Shown here: piece after piece, positions 33,969-47,075 of the stretch
Layout of the letters: each line of letters opens with the position of its first letter
Position numbering within the stretch: the first letter of the stretch is position 1
Source of the DNA: Nemertoderma westbladi
Lineage: Eukaryota > Animalia > Xenacoelomorpha
NCBI GenBank assembly: GCA_032718475.1
Contig: JAUCBJ010006447.1
Coordinates: forward strand, 1 to 59,954
Direction of reading: 5' to 3'
Length of the DNA stretch: 59,954 bases
The notes under the pieces: model-generated
The model's database searches: none
What the model saw: only the letters and a program-made list of their open reading frames with translations
Told to the model about the DNA's origin: nothing
Position numbers and translations under genes: made by a program

Positions 33969-35252
33969 AACGACATTGCCGCCTCTCAAGATCTAGAGTT
34001 CATTCAATATGCGACGACACACTTACAGTACGAATTTAATTATCCATTCCCCTGGACCCACATTGGGACATTTGGTTCCAAGTGTATCTACTCAGAAAAT
34101 CGTCTTCCAAGAGAGAGTATTCTTACATTAGCCCTATGGGACAGCGTCGCTCATCAAAACTAGCCAACTACAGTTATGAAATATCAATCATTCAATGGGA
34201 AGTACTCTGATATGTGTGTGGTGGGTAGGCTGTGCCCTGTGCGTCTAAAATGGCGCTTTCTGGCTGGTTCTGCGAACTGCTAACTATGTTATGTGCACTG
34301 CTGCTACTCTAGTCTTCCTTCTACCTGCGCCTTTATAATGTATAATGTTTTACATGGTATCCTAATAAACCATAATTCATGTAAATATTTTTAAATATTA
34401 TAAACAAAAAAATGTATTAGTTACTGTAACATAAGTTATTAGTAAACAAGAAGTGTATTTACTTTCATTTAATATCCTGAACTCGATTAAATTTACAATA
34501 TTAGTTCACATTTTAAAATTAAACTATAAAAACGGTGACATTAAAAGCGAATAAAATAAATAAATAAAATTAAAAATTTATTAAAAATACAGAAATACCA
34601 TTCTTTATTGCATACAATGAATTTCATCACGATTTGTAATATACTGTAGAAATAATAGCGATCTTGTTTCTATTGCCGGTATATTACTGATAATTAATTT
34701 GTTTAAGAAATAATATACTTTGTCTCACTTCTATATTGGATTTATTATTAATTAAGGTTTATTAATTAAGGTTTATTAATTGAGGATTAATTAAGGTTAA
34801 GGTCCGTCCATCTAACTCTAAGAAAAATAATAAACCAAATATACCCATAATATACAATGGCTACGAATTGAAGTCATTCCAAAATTGATGAAAATTTCAC
34901 CAAAAATAATTATATTACACCAAATTAATTAATGTGACCCCAAAAAATATTATTCAACACCAAATAAAATGTTTCCCCAAAATAAATACATAATCCCCAA
35001 AATAAATACTACTGCAGCAATAGGCCTAGTGGCATTCAATTAGTGGCGATATACAATCCTCCATATCCTCAACAAATTCACTGTACAAACTTGTAAATTA
35101 ATAAAAATTTAGTATTTTGTATTGCTGCTGCTGTATTGCATTATTGTAGGTACCCGAAACGTGACTGCAGGACTGTACTGCTGTACCTGAGCGGCTTGGG
35201 CCTAATAAACTGAACTGTTAACTGGCTAAAGACACAACGTGCCCAAAGAAGA

Positions 35253-38200
35253 ATGGAGAACTACATCTTGTACGATGAAATAGGCCGTGGAAACCACTCG
35301 ATAGTGTATAAAGGCCGCCGGAAAGGAACAATAAACTTCGTCGCCATTCACTGCATCGAGAAATCGCAACGGAGTCAAATAACCAACCGAGTTCGTTTGA
35401 CACACGAGCTCTCCCACGAAAATATAGTGGTGTTCCACGAATGGTACGAAACCTCCAACCATCTGTGGCTTATTGTTGAACTCTGCACCGGGGGGAATCT
35501 CAAGACGCTAATCGAGCAAGATGAGAATCTACCGGAGAATTCCATAAGGGAGTTCGGTTACGATATAGTACGTGGACTTCATTATTGCCACTCGATAAAC
35601 ATTGTGTTCGGGGACATCCGTCCCTCTAAGATCCTATTAGACGGTCCAGGACATTTAAAACTGGATGATTTCGCGACAGCTCGAATTCAAGGCGAAAACC
35701 TGGACGAAATCCTTAACTCTCTAGACCCCGAGTACAACTCGTCGCCCCGGGAGATTGGCGATCCGGCCTACATGGCGTTAGAAGTCCTTCAAGGAGAATC
35801 GCCGGATTTTAAAAGCGACTTTTATTCTCTCGGTGTTATTTTCTACGAAATGTTTACTGGTAATAAACCGTTTAGCGGCGTATCTAAACGGAATTACCTC
35901 GAAATCCTCTCGACACAACCCGATTTCCCACCGCTGCAGGGCCGCGCGTCTACCGAGTTGACGGACCTGCTGACCAGACTGTTGGTCTCCAGGGACCGGT
36001 TCTCCTGGTCTGATCTTCTCGATCACGAATTCTGGAATGGCGGATTCTCTAGGGGTCCCGATATAGACGAGTCGCTAGCCGATTCCACCGTCGGTCGACC
36101 CCCCACGTTGCTAACCAACGGGTCGGTATCCGTTGGTGACGCGCCTGTTACCCCAGTGATGGTAAATAAACAACAACCGGCACCGGCCACGCCGCTGCAG
36201 GTAGTCGGACAGGCTGTCGGTACCGGGACTCCAATAATATCCGGGAGTGACCCCCCCGGGCACTGCGCCTCGCCCGGGCACTGCCCCTCGCCCCGGCACT
36301 GCGCCGCGACCCAGCGCCCCCTATCGCCCAGACACAGCCCCTTCGCTTGCGGGAGATGCGACGTTCGCAATTAGTCGTCGACCGTTCGCAGCTGTCGTCG
36401 CTGAGACACAGCAGGACACCCCTCGTCCCGACCACCCCCACCCAGACCGCTCTCACCCCCACCCAGACAGTTCCCACCCTTCCCGCTCCCACCCCTCCCA
36501 CTCCCACACTCCCTCCTCCCCCCCACCTCCCACAGCCCCAACCCGAATCTCCTCCGACTACGACGAACTCTCCCACCTCCTCTACTCCCCATCCGATCTA
36601 TCCGTCACCCCGATTGTCGACCGAATCCTCAAGGTTTCCCCGCCGACCCGATGGGAGGCCCGCTACCTCCCCTTCCAGTCCACCGCCCTGGACCAACTAA
36701 CATCCTCCCGACACTCCGAGCTCCTCTCCCATCTAGAAGTCGTCATACAAACCGTAGAAACGACTCCCGATAAAGGCGTATCCAATCAGAAGGCCAAGAC
36801 ACACACACTGAACTACCTCGGCGAGTTACTTAGCGGTGGTTCTGTCGCTAATTGTTTCATTAATGAGTTACAAGGACTCTCTGTCTTCTCCACAATGGTT
36901 AAGAACTGTTCGTTAACGGATCTCCGGATCCGTTATTCTCGAGTTATCGGGTTAGCCGCGTTGCATTGCAGCTCGTTAGCTAAGGAGACGAGCGTTAGCG
37001 ACGCGTTAGCTACGCTAACCGAAATAGTTCGGGATAATTTCCGCAATGCTAAACTGAAAGCCGCGGTTCTCGTTGCTATTGGAGAGTTAGTCGTCACCGT
37101 TGGCGACCAATCGTTGCATCACGGCGGCGCAGGGGAGGCATGGTCCGTGCCGAGTCTCGCCTTCACCATGGTAACGCGATGTCTGCGGGAGGGCGAGGAG
37201 CCGCAGTCGCAACACGTCGCCGCCAAGGTGATCGAGAACGTGGCGGCGAGCGCCACTAGCGCCGCCCGGAGGTTGGCCACCAACGAGACGGGCCATCTCC
37301 TGTGGCAGTTGAATGCGCGCGCCGCCACAGAGCCACTGCGAGCCGCCGCTCTCTCGGCGCTGGTCCGAGTGTCGCGACTCGCCCCCGCCGTGTTCCAGAA
37401 CGTCGTGGACAAGGTGGGTCTCCGCGCGGTCGCCCTAAACCTGCAGACCGGCGTGGCGCGGGTGCAGCACTACACCGCGACGCTGTTAGCCGCCGCTATG
37501 CACGCCGGCGTACACACGGCCCGACTCGCCTCCGATAAGGACTTCCTCGCCTCCACTATGCGGCTCCTAGAAAGCCCCTCGACCGGGGTACGCGCCAAGA
37601 GTTACCTAATACTGATACTGCTGGTGAAACACAACGGAGACAATCTGTTAACCGCCTGTAAATCGCGATTAATTCAATCGATAGACCGGGATTCCCGTCC
37701 CAAATACGACACAAAGACTACCTGCCAACCCGTGTGGGTCTACCTGACCCGGTGCTTGGATCTACTAGTGTCTACCGTGGCTGAAACCCTCCCGGTTCTA
37801 CTGGGTAGAATATTAGAAGCCCTGGACACCGTATCGGGTAGGAAACACCCGTCAACCGCGCACGCCAAGCAGCTAAAGTCCTGCCTACCTCTACTTCCGG
37901 TCGCTCTGCATTTAATCACTTCCGTCACGCTGCGACCGCGGGTAGTGAACGACGATTTCGTGACGTCACTCGGGGCCATCCTACGTCACGCGGTCGCCAT
38001 GGACGCGGGCGACTTTAAGGTCGACATCTCGGGCAGCGCGATCGCGGACGAATTCATCGAGACGAGTTTCACCGTGCTCGAGGCGTTGTCCCAGCAACTA
38101 GCTATCGTTCTGGAATACCACTCGGTCGTTATTGACGACGTGATGCCGCCGTTGGCGCAGCTGGTCGCCAGTAGCAACGGGGGCACGCGTCTCCTCGCGC

Positions 38201-39159
38201 TGCGAATCTTCTCGGATTTAACGAGTTTCCTACTCGACGCGGATTCCGTCGCTCCGGAATCGGCGACCCGTTTATCCGGGATTTTCTCCGAGTTTCTCCT
38301 GCCGCAGTACAAGCGGCTCCTATTGGACCCGGACCCCGCCCCCGTCCACTGCCTCCGACTGATACTCCGGATGGTGGACCGGAACCGGTCGGTTCTCTCG
38401 GAGTTCCTGTCCCTCCGACTCGTCCCGGAACTATTCCGGCTGATCTCCGACCGACAGTTCACCCAGATATCGTCCCGAGCGATCCTCCTCGCGGTGGGTT
38501 TACTCAACGCGCTCCTCCTCTCCACCCCGGAGGCGCTCGCCGACTTCGCGCTCCTCCCGTTAATCAGCTCTTCCATCAACTCCTCCGCCAAGGTCGCCTA
38601 CGCCGATCCCGATAAGATAGACACCAAATCGGCGGTGGCCACATTGGAGGCCGTTCTAGAAACCCTTAACATTCTACTAAAGAACGTCACCAACACGGTG
38701 AGACAAATACTCCAAGCTAAGAAAGAGAAGGAAGATACGAGCACTGAGCACGCCGAGAAGTTGCTCATTGAGCACAAAGACTGCGTCAATCTAACCCCGT
38801 TGCTGATGCGTCTTCTCTCCATCGATACTCCCGCGGTAGCCGATCTCTCCGGACATTGTTTGTCTCTTATGGTCCAGCTATACGGCGGCGAGTATCCCGA
38901 TTCTATGTCGGAGGCCAATTGCGAGCGTCTGTCGGTTGCCTTGACTACGGACAACGCGAAGAGACAGAAACTCATTCTGCGGATTATCCGTCGGATTATA
39001 ACGACCGGAGACGAACATTGTGCGAGACTCCGGCGGGAAGGCGGGTGTCTGCTGGGGACTATAGGCCGTCTACAGGAGACCAGTCACAGTCATCTAGACG
39101 TCGCGATATCGGCCTTGGCTAATGAAATTATTAAAATTATTGGAGAAAATTCGGAGTAA
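35253..39159 (+). CDS. ULK4: ULK4-like pseudokinase with ARM/HEAT C-terminus, intronless, one frameshift near 36251-36257
   Basis: MENYILYDEIGRG..VYKGRRKGTINFVAI and FHEWYETSNHLWL.VELCTGG are ULK4 signatures; second ORF has RDNFRNAKLK and SGRKHPSTAHAKQLK; AATAAA just after the stop. Confidence 0.9.
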
Positions 39160-39776
39160 AATAACAATAAATAGAATAAAGTGTAAATATTCCTAAAACT
39201 GTAGATAAATAATATTAATTAACGTTTTATTATAAATGTCCATAGATGATATGAATAGCTTTTTTGAAATATTATTTTTATAATATTATATGAGACATTT
39301 ATTGTATTTAAATATAATTTCAATAGAAAATATCTAATTTTGAACTTCGGAACATAATAAATAATTTTTTTAATAAGTTGTTCATTCTGTTATTTATATT
39401 TCTAACTGAAACTGAATTATATAATATTTTGTAAGTGAAGTTATATTTTATAAAGTTATGAACTATCTGTGCGCGTTTTACGGGATAATATTTTATTTTG
39501 TCTAATAAACATTTGGTTATTTCGCGAATTATTTATTGATTAATTAATATATTAACATTGCATTACAATGTTTCTATTACGGGTATAATATGTACATTTG
39601 ATTTGACAAGTTGTAAAACAACTTTATATCGAAGAATGGACATTAACCTGTAATAATTTACAAGAATGGAATCCCTTAAAAGTTTTATGACAGAACCCCA
39701 ATTATTCATAACTTTGTAAACTAAATGTAATTCAAATTCTAGTAAAAAAAAAGTAGATTCAACGTCATAATCCTAC

Positions 39777-40011
39777 CTGTCTTGTTGTAGATGGGATCCC
39801 AATAGCCTTTCTGGGTGTCTAGTCGTACAACTGGTACGTTCCTTTACAGGTCTCCGCATCATAAGTAACCATGGCAACATTTCAAGGAATAGAGTGGCCA
39901 TCCATTTCGGCATCACATGTGTCCTTGGCGACCGGTGGTTAATGTTGATTATTAGAACAGTTATTATAATTGCAAGACTCACCATAACCATGGTAAATAG
40001 TAAATACATAC
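39777..40011 (-). CDS. nAChR exon (TM3 and start of cytoplasmic loop)
   Basis: ttttag acceptor, GMYLLFTMVMVSLAIIITVLIININHRSPRTHVMPKW, gtagga donor. Confidence 0.9.
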
Positions 40012-40338
40012 CTAAAATATATTTAGATATCATTCCGTAAAAATACAGTTAAATCGCAGAAAAATGTAATACTAACCTTTTTTAAGTAGTTAATTTTAAA
40101 ATAAAATACTAACGATCTAACAATGTAAAATTCACTTTTTAAAATTACATCACTGAGACATGATATTTAATCCAAAACGAACTAAAGTGAATAGAACAGG
40201 TTATACTAGACAGTAGTTTTATTTTTATAAGTAATCAGCTGTTATTTGCGTCAATTTTCCCCTTGAAACTTGAAAATTTTGTTTACGTCTAAATTTTCAA
40301 CCCACCCCCCCCCCCCCCCCCCCTTCCGGTTAACTAAC

Positions 40339-40503
40339 CGATTAATGGAATATCCAAACTGGTTGGCGGTATAATTTCTGCAACAATGAGAAGGAAGAGG
40401 GTGAGTGCGAGGAAGACCGATATGCAGAGAGAAATCTTCTCTCCCGCGTCGGCCGGCAGGTAGAAAACCATTACAGACAGACACGATATGAGGACGCAAG
40501 GGA
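40339..40503 (-). CDS. nAChR exon (TM1-TM2)
   Basis: ttttgcag acceptor, [54 protein letters not shown], gttagt donor; phases match both neighbours. Confidence 0.92.
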
Positions 40504-41500
40504 CTGCAAAATAAAATGTATAAAACCATTACAGACAGACACGATATGAGAACGCAAGGGACTGCAAAATAAAATGTATAAAACCATTACAGACAGACAC
40601 GATATGAGAACGCAAGGGACTGCAAAATAAAATGTATAAAACCATTACAGACAGACACGATATGAGAACGCAAGGGACTGCAAAATAAAATGTATAAAAC
40701 CATTACAGACAGACACGATATGAGAACGCAAGGGACTGCAAAATAAAATGTATAAAACCATTACAGACAGACACGATATGAGAACGCAAGGGACTGCAAA
40801 ATAAAATGTATAAAACCATTACAGACAGACACGATATGAGGACGCAAGGGACTGCAAAATAAAATGTATAAAACCATTACAGACAGACACGATATGAGGA
40901 CGCAAGGGACTGCAAAATAAAATGTATAAAACCATTACAGACAGACACGATATGAGAACGCAAGGGACTGCAAAATAAAATGTATAAAACCATTACAGAC
41001 AGACACGATATGAGGACGCAAGGGACTGCAAAATAAAATGTATAAAACCATTACAGACAGACACGATATGAGGACGCAAGGGACTGCAAAATAAAATGTA
41101 TAAAACCATTACAGACAGACACGATATGAGAACGCAAGGGACTGCAAAATAAAATGTATAAAACCATTACAGACAGACACGATATGAGAACGCAAGGGAC
41201 TGCAAAATAAAATGTATAAAACCATTACAGACAGACACGATATGAGAACGCAAGGGACTGCAAAATAAAATGTATAAAACCATTACAGACAGACACGATA
41301 TGAGAACGCAAGGGACTGCAAAATAAAATGTATAAAACCATTACAGACAGACACGATATGAGGACGCAAGGGACTGCAAAATAAAATGTATAAAACCATT
41401 ACAGACAGACACGATATGAGAACGCAAGGGACTGCAAAATAAAATGTATAAAACCATTACAGACAGACATGATATGAGAACGCAAGGGACTGCAAAATAT
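40468..41500. repeat. 58-bp minisatellite, 18 copies, containing the splice acceptor and exon start
   Basis: Unit ccattacagacagacacgatatgag(a/g)acgcaagggactgcaaaataaaatgtataaaa from 40468, last copy starting at 41454. Confidence 0.95.
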
Positions 41501-43177
41501 TATATAAAAAACTATTACAGGTGCAATGTCTGAATGTGTGAAAGCAAGGGACTTAACTGCACAACCTCACCTTGAGCGCTTGAAAAAAATTGCCCCCCTT
41601 AGGAAGTTATGCCCCCCTGAATTTCATTACTGTATTAACATATTATTTTTATGGTGCGTGAAAATCCAGTAGCGGCCATAGGACACAGAATTAGGTCCGT
41701 TACCGGTTCACCAGGTGCATGTTGATCTCCACTTACTTTCATTTTAATTACCTTGAGTAGGCCTACTGTAGGCCTATTGGTGCAGCAGTAGGCCTACATA
41801 ACAAACTACAGTACTTACAAATGTAGCTCCATCAATGATAGCCTATATGAACTGAGCGCTGGTATCGAGGTATGTACTGTAGACCTAAACAGCAACACCA
41901 TCGCTTTTTCTGTCGCTACATATAAGAGTTACAAGAGTAGTAAAATTTAATGTTCAACATTTAAATTATAAGAAATTAAGCCCTTCTTTTTAATAAATAT
42001 ATATTTTTTTAATTTTTAACTTGCATAGTCTTCATAATTTGAAATAAGTTCTTGTCCCTATTGAATAATTCGTACCCGCTCGGATTTTAAAACCCCTCCC
42101 AACATAATCTTGTAAAGTGCCAAATTTTAAGAGTACGATTACCCCCACCCCTAATGAAAGTGAAATTTTCAAAAAATAATTTTTCATCTATTTTTGTAGT
42201 TTGATAGAAGGGCTTTCATTTGGTCACATCGTTTTCATCATTGAATGATTTTTTGACCATAAAACTGCACTTCTCAACAACATAATTTATGGCTGAAATT
42301 CGAGACTCTCTGTATATAACAATCTTTTTCTCAGTTTGTCGATTTCGAGATTTTTCAGCACTAAATTCCCTTCTACTTTTTTATTTTTCATTCAATTTTC
42401 ATCGAACTCGCTCGTTGCAGGTGTCATTAGGGGTTCATTTAATTATAATAAAATAAAGTTAAAACGCAGATTAAATTTATATAAAACTAGCACGGACTAG
42501 CAGGGTAGAATTACTGTATTGCGTATTGAATAATAGTAGATTGTTAGATTGTCATGTTGTTTGTGTACAGCGTGAAAAGTAGTGTTCGGTGGTAGTTCCT
42601 TGAGGTTAACCGCAAATTTCCGTTTGTCAGGGTGATTTGGTGTTTCTATTTTTATTCGTTGTCGTATGTCACTCTCACTCAGAAAATTCATTATTGAGAT
42701 GTTAATGGCATTCAATTTAGTTAGTCTTTGTATTAAAATTGTCTATTGCGGAATTAAACGCCTTGCTGAGATAGCTGCGCAATTTTTTAAATTTTTCTCC
42801 AGAAAGTAGAAAAGGATTGAAACAAAGTTGTGTACTTACTAATACATGGGATAGTAACTAATATTATGGGTGAGTTTACTCGTAAATCTTATGAACTTTC
42901 TAGGTGAGTGAACTCTTCCGTAGGAAACCATTGTTTTACAAGTATCTACTGTATGCTCAGTTATCTGAGTTCATTATAAGTGCACGCAAACAAGCGTAAT
43001 TTCTTACAGCTTTGCTGTACTGTATGTTAGGCCTACTATTAATGTGATTGCAGCACTTTGAATCTATCTGTTTGCACAATTTATTATTTATATATATCTA
43101 TAACAATACTTAGGCTTATAAGTTTTTTATTAGTATTATGTTGTATTTCCTATAGTTTATGTGCTTGTGTATAAATA

Positions 43178-43660
43178 ATGGCTATTTGTACCAAAAAGTG
43201 TTTACTAATAAATAAAATTGTTATGACAGTTGTTAGCATACTTATTGCATTATTTATGATAGTGTATTTTAGTGTGACCTTTAATAACGACGCCCAAATA
43301 GTTTGGTTTGTTATAGGGGGTGGAGCTAACGTCGCGACCCTATTGGTCCACGTGGCCCAGTTTAGGCGTAAATGGCGACCTTCTCATCAGCGATTGGTCA
43401 GATTGCTGAGGATTATCGGGATTCTATTGTTTGAAATGGTTGTCGTGGTAACGACTCTGTCAATTGCCTTAGGGGTCGTTTACAAAGAGGTTTGGAACGG
43501 AAATAGCCACTGGGTTTGGCTCGGACCAATGCTCTTAACGCTCAAAGGCTCCGTTCACCTTATTGTGTTTCCCGGAAAATATGTAACTATGTCAGAAGGA
43601 AATCTTGACAGCGCTGGAGGCGATGTTAATGCTGATGTACATATGACGGAAAGCCAATAA
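43178..43660 (+). CDS. Four-TM protein resembling heme transporter HRG-1/SLC48A1
   Basis: 160 aa, four hydrophobic helices; His at the end of TM2 followed by W (LVHVAQFRRKW), TM4 LTLKG..L....KY resemble HRG-1 family spacing as recalled; intronless. Confidence 0.6.
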   Translation: MAICTKKCLLINKIVMTVVSILIALFMIVYFSVTFNNDAQIVWFVIGGGANVATLLVHVAQFRRKWRPSHQRLVRLLRIIGILLFEMVVVVTTLSIALGVVYKEVWNGNSHWVWLGPMLLTLKGSVHLIVFPGKYVTMSEGNLDSAGGDVNADVHMTESQ

Positions 43661-44094
43661 CTTTTAATAATAATTTTATCGGTATTTATATTGATAGATT
43701 AATTAAGTGAGTTTACGAGTAGATGTCGTAAAGTTTAATGAAAATGAACTGGAAATGAAAAAGCGACTACGTTATCAGATAAACGAACAAAACTAACAAT
43801 AATTATATTTATTCGCCCTTGTGAAGATTACCAGGTTTTCACTTTTCGGTCGAAAATATATTGAAATTTATTTATGAAAATTTTTCTTCTTCCGAATTCT
43901 TCAGAGTTTTATAGCGCTTATTTCAGCGCTTATTGTTTTGGTAGTTTCAATTTTGGTTAGTTTTTATTGACAACCTGGTATTCTTCACATGGGGCTATAC
44001 TGCAAAGTAACAAATTCTGGTATAGCCTGCTTCACATGGGCCATTTTTTTTATTGAATATTAATCGTGTAATTAATTATAGCCTCCCCATGTAT

Positions 44095-44250
44095 TATCTA
44101 CTATGCCTACATAAATCTATTATCTATTGTGCCTACATAAATCTATTATCTATTGTGCCTACATAAATCTATTATCTACTGTGCCTATACATAAATCTAT
44201 TATCTATTGTGCCTACATAAATCTATTATCTATTGTGCCTACATAAATCT
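44095..44250. repeat. About 26-bp minisatellite
   Basis: gtgcctacataaatctattatctatt repeated 5-6 times. Confidence 0.85.
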
Positions 44251-44384
44251 GTTGCACTTTTTATGTTTAAATCCATAGTTGTAATAAAAATGCACAGTAA
44301 TAGAAACAGGATTTTTGATGAACAACCCCGAATACAGATTGATTTATCTCAATAGAACTTAAACTGTTTACCAGTTTTTTTTTA

Positions 44385-45598
44385 ATGTTTACCAGATAGA
44401 AGATTGATTTCCTACCAACGAGTATACTCACCCAGAATATTTACCAGATAGAAGAGCGGTTCCCTAAGATAGAAGAGCGGTTTCCTATCAACGGGTTTCC
44501 TACCAACGAGTTGACTTAAGCTAAATGTTTACCAGATAGAAGAGCGATTTCCTACCAACGAGTATACTCACTCAGAATGTTTACCAGCAGCCCTCCCAGC
44601 CAAAAAAAAACGATGAAAAAAAGGAAAAAAGGAATTTATATTTTCAAAAAAAAAGGAAATAAAGGATATGATGCAGTTAAAAAAAAAGGACAAAAAGGAT
44701 CGATACGGTTCAAAAAAAAGGGAAAAACTGAATTGATATTATCTTTAAAAAAAGGATAGTAAACATTATATTTCATTAACCTTATATATATAGGCCTATA
44801 AAGAAACGTCACTGTATGTTTCTAAATTTCACCTTTTTGCCTAGATCAGAGATGGTTGAGTTCGGCCGATTGATGGTCATTGTTAGAGGTTTATCAAACG
44901 CTTGTAAATAGAACTTTAGTTTGAAAGAAATATAAGGCCCAAAAACTTTGGTACGGATTTCTGGTCGTGACTACATTTATATAAATAACAAAAATACTTT
45001 TAGAGCCATCTCCAGGGGAAAACGGATGCAAATACTGTAATAGCTGATTACGAGCAAAGGTGAAACTATAACCCTTGTTATAGAATTAACTTTATTGTTT
45101 TGTTTAGAAAAGACAGCCACTGCAACCTGTTCCTTTCCCTAAATTGAAAAACAACAATATTAATTCACCATTACGGGTTTTGTGTCAATCATAATATATC
45201 CACCCCTCAGAAAATAAATAAATTTACAGTTCCCTCAACTGCTACATTTTTATGGTAGATTAGATTGTGATTTTTATCAAAATAAACATACTCAAAATAA
45301 AAATCGGCATTATTATGCCCGTCAATCTCTGTTTTGTTAATATCATCAGCAAGCTGAAGTTGATCTTCTAAACCAAAAAAAGGGGAAAAAAATGTGTGAA
45401 AATGGACAAAAAAAAGGAAATGTTCTAAAAAAAAAAGGAAAAAAAGGAAACTCTGGGAAGCGTGTACCAGATAGAAGAGCTGTTTCCTACCGTCAACGAG
45501 TTTACTCACCGATAATGTTTACCAGATAGAAGAGCTGTTTCCTACCGTCAACGAGTTTACTCACCGAGAATGTTTACCAGATAGAAGAGCGGTTTCCG
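44385..45598 (-). repeat. 52-55-bp repeats of exon end plus GTGAGT donor, interrupted by an insertion
   Basis: aatgtttaccagatagaagagc...actcac units at 44385-44587 and 45465-45598. Confidence 0.85.
44588..45464. mobile_element. About 877-bp MITE-like insertion
   Basis: Flanked by duplicated taccag; weak termini cagccctcccag / ctgggaagcgtg; removal restores the repeat unit. Confidence 0.6.
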
Positions 45599-45808
45599 CC
45601 GGACTATAAACGAGTAGGTTATATCCGGGAATGGAATATCACCGCAACATCCCGGGTACTTCTCGATGTGTTTCGCTCCTGGCGCCCCAACCAGATCCCA
45701 TTGGGAGTTCTCCAAGTAATCCTCTCGTTTCACTTCCTTGTCTTTGAGGATGAGGTCTAGGAAATATCCATTGTGACTCCATGGCCCGAACTTTAAGCTG
45801 CATACGTG
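45565..45808 (-). CDS. nAChR alpha-type exon (end of Cys loop, loops B, F, C, pre-TM1)
   Basis: tttcag acceptor, HVCSLKFGPWSHNG...ENSQWDL...KYPGCCGDIPFPDITYSFIVRRKPLFYLVNIL, gtgagt donor; vicinal Cys pair. Confidence 0.92.
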
Positions 45809-47075
45809 CTGAAATAATGGATTTCGTAATAATTATACTGCAAATATTGTTCGCGCTTTTAGACCTTTAACAGTTTAACCTGTTAATTTATGTGTCTTAT
45901 GATGTCTGACAACCCGTACAAATATGACCACAGCCGAAGCCAGTCTAGCGCGGTGTATGACCCACCGGAGGTGAGAGACTGGATTCGATGGCAGAGAGAA
46001 CCGTAGGACGCAGACCTAATAATACTACGCAGAGATACTTATACTAATTACAACGGGTGGACATGAGACTGCACAGTGTTTACATTCTTTAGGAATGTAT
46101 ATTTATTCGCTCGCACTCACATCACTGACAATAGTACTGAAACACGCTAATTTACCGACTGTCACCAATTTTACTCGCATATAAGGAGAACTTAACTCAC
46201 GTACGTTGGGGACTATGAAACAGCATAAACTCATACAAACCACTGTTATTTGAACTATGCAATTGTGAATAGTAAACCCCTCCGCCTACCTCAATGATCA
46301 TGAAAACCAAGAGATCTACCGGTTATTCGTAAGTATTCTCCAACCATTAACATTAATCAATATACGTAACGAATCGCAGTGTTATAACAATATAAATTAC
46401 GTGGTGTGCTGCATTTAATCATCAGTCAGATGTCAGAAAGTCAGGAATGGACGAGAGATAATTTACCGTGCTGTGTAATTCCCTGGCACTCTAGCCTCAT
46501 GGTCTTTTGGACAAAGTCAGAAAATGAATAAACACACACACCACACACTCAAGGGCTGCAAGAATATTCTTGCCTCAAGTAGTTCACAAAGCATGAATCA
46601 TATCGAACGCCGTAGAATGTATGGAACATGCAAGAACTCCCAATCAGGGACCAGTTTCCATGCCATCAACCCGTAACCAATGGATCCGGTATTTCAGTGA
46701 CCTAAGATGACCTAAGAGGGAAAGTATACTGATTGAACAGTGACTAACAAAGAAGAATGTAAACAAAGAGAATAATATCCAATGGCTAGTGATTTCGTAA
46801 TCTGAGTATTTGGGTTTCTGTGGGAATGTAGGGGAAAATGTTATACTGAGAATAAACGCTTGAAGGAGTAAGTTTACATCAGTTCATGTTATAAAATACA
46901 AAGTTCTTGAGAGTTTTCAAGGGTATTGAGTAACCAGCGCATTGTGTAAAATGGGGACATTTTGGCCACAAAAGCTTTAACACTGCTCCCAGAAAATGGG
47001 ACTTAGGTCTATAAAATATACATAGAGTCACAATTTCTTAATATAATAACTACTCTAAACAATAAATCTTTCTTT

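Noticed and set aside
36162-36247. Small intron explaining the ULK4 frameshift
   Set aside because: The GT-AG pairs tried (36162-36200, 36162-36247, 36201-36247) do not put the two ORFs in frame.
40468-41500. CRISPR array
   Set aside because: Units are contiguous with no unique spacers, no cas genes, and the unit derives from an exon junction.
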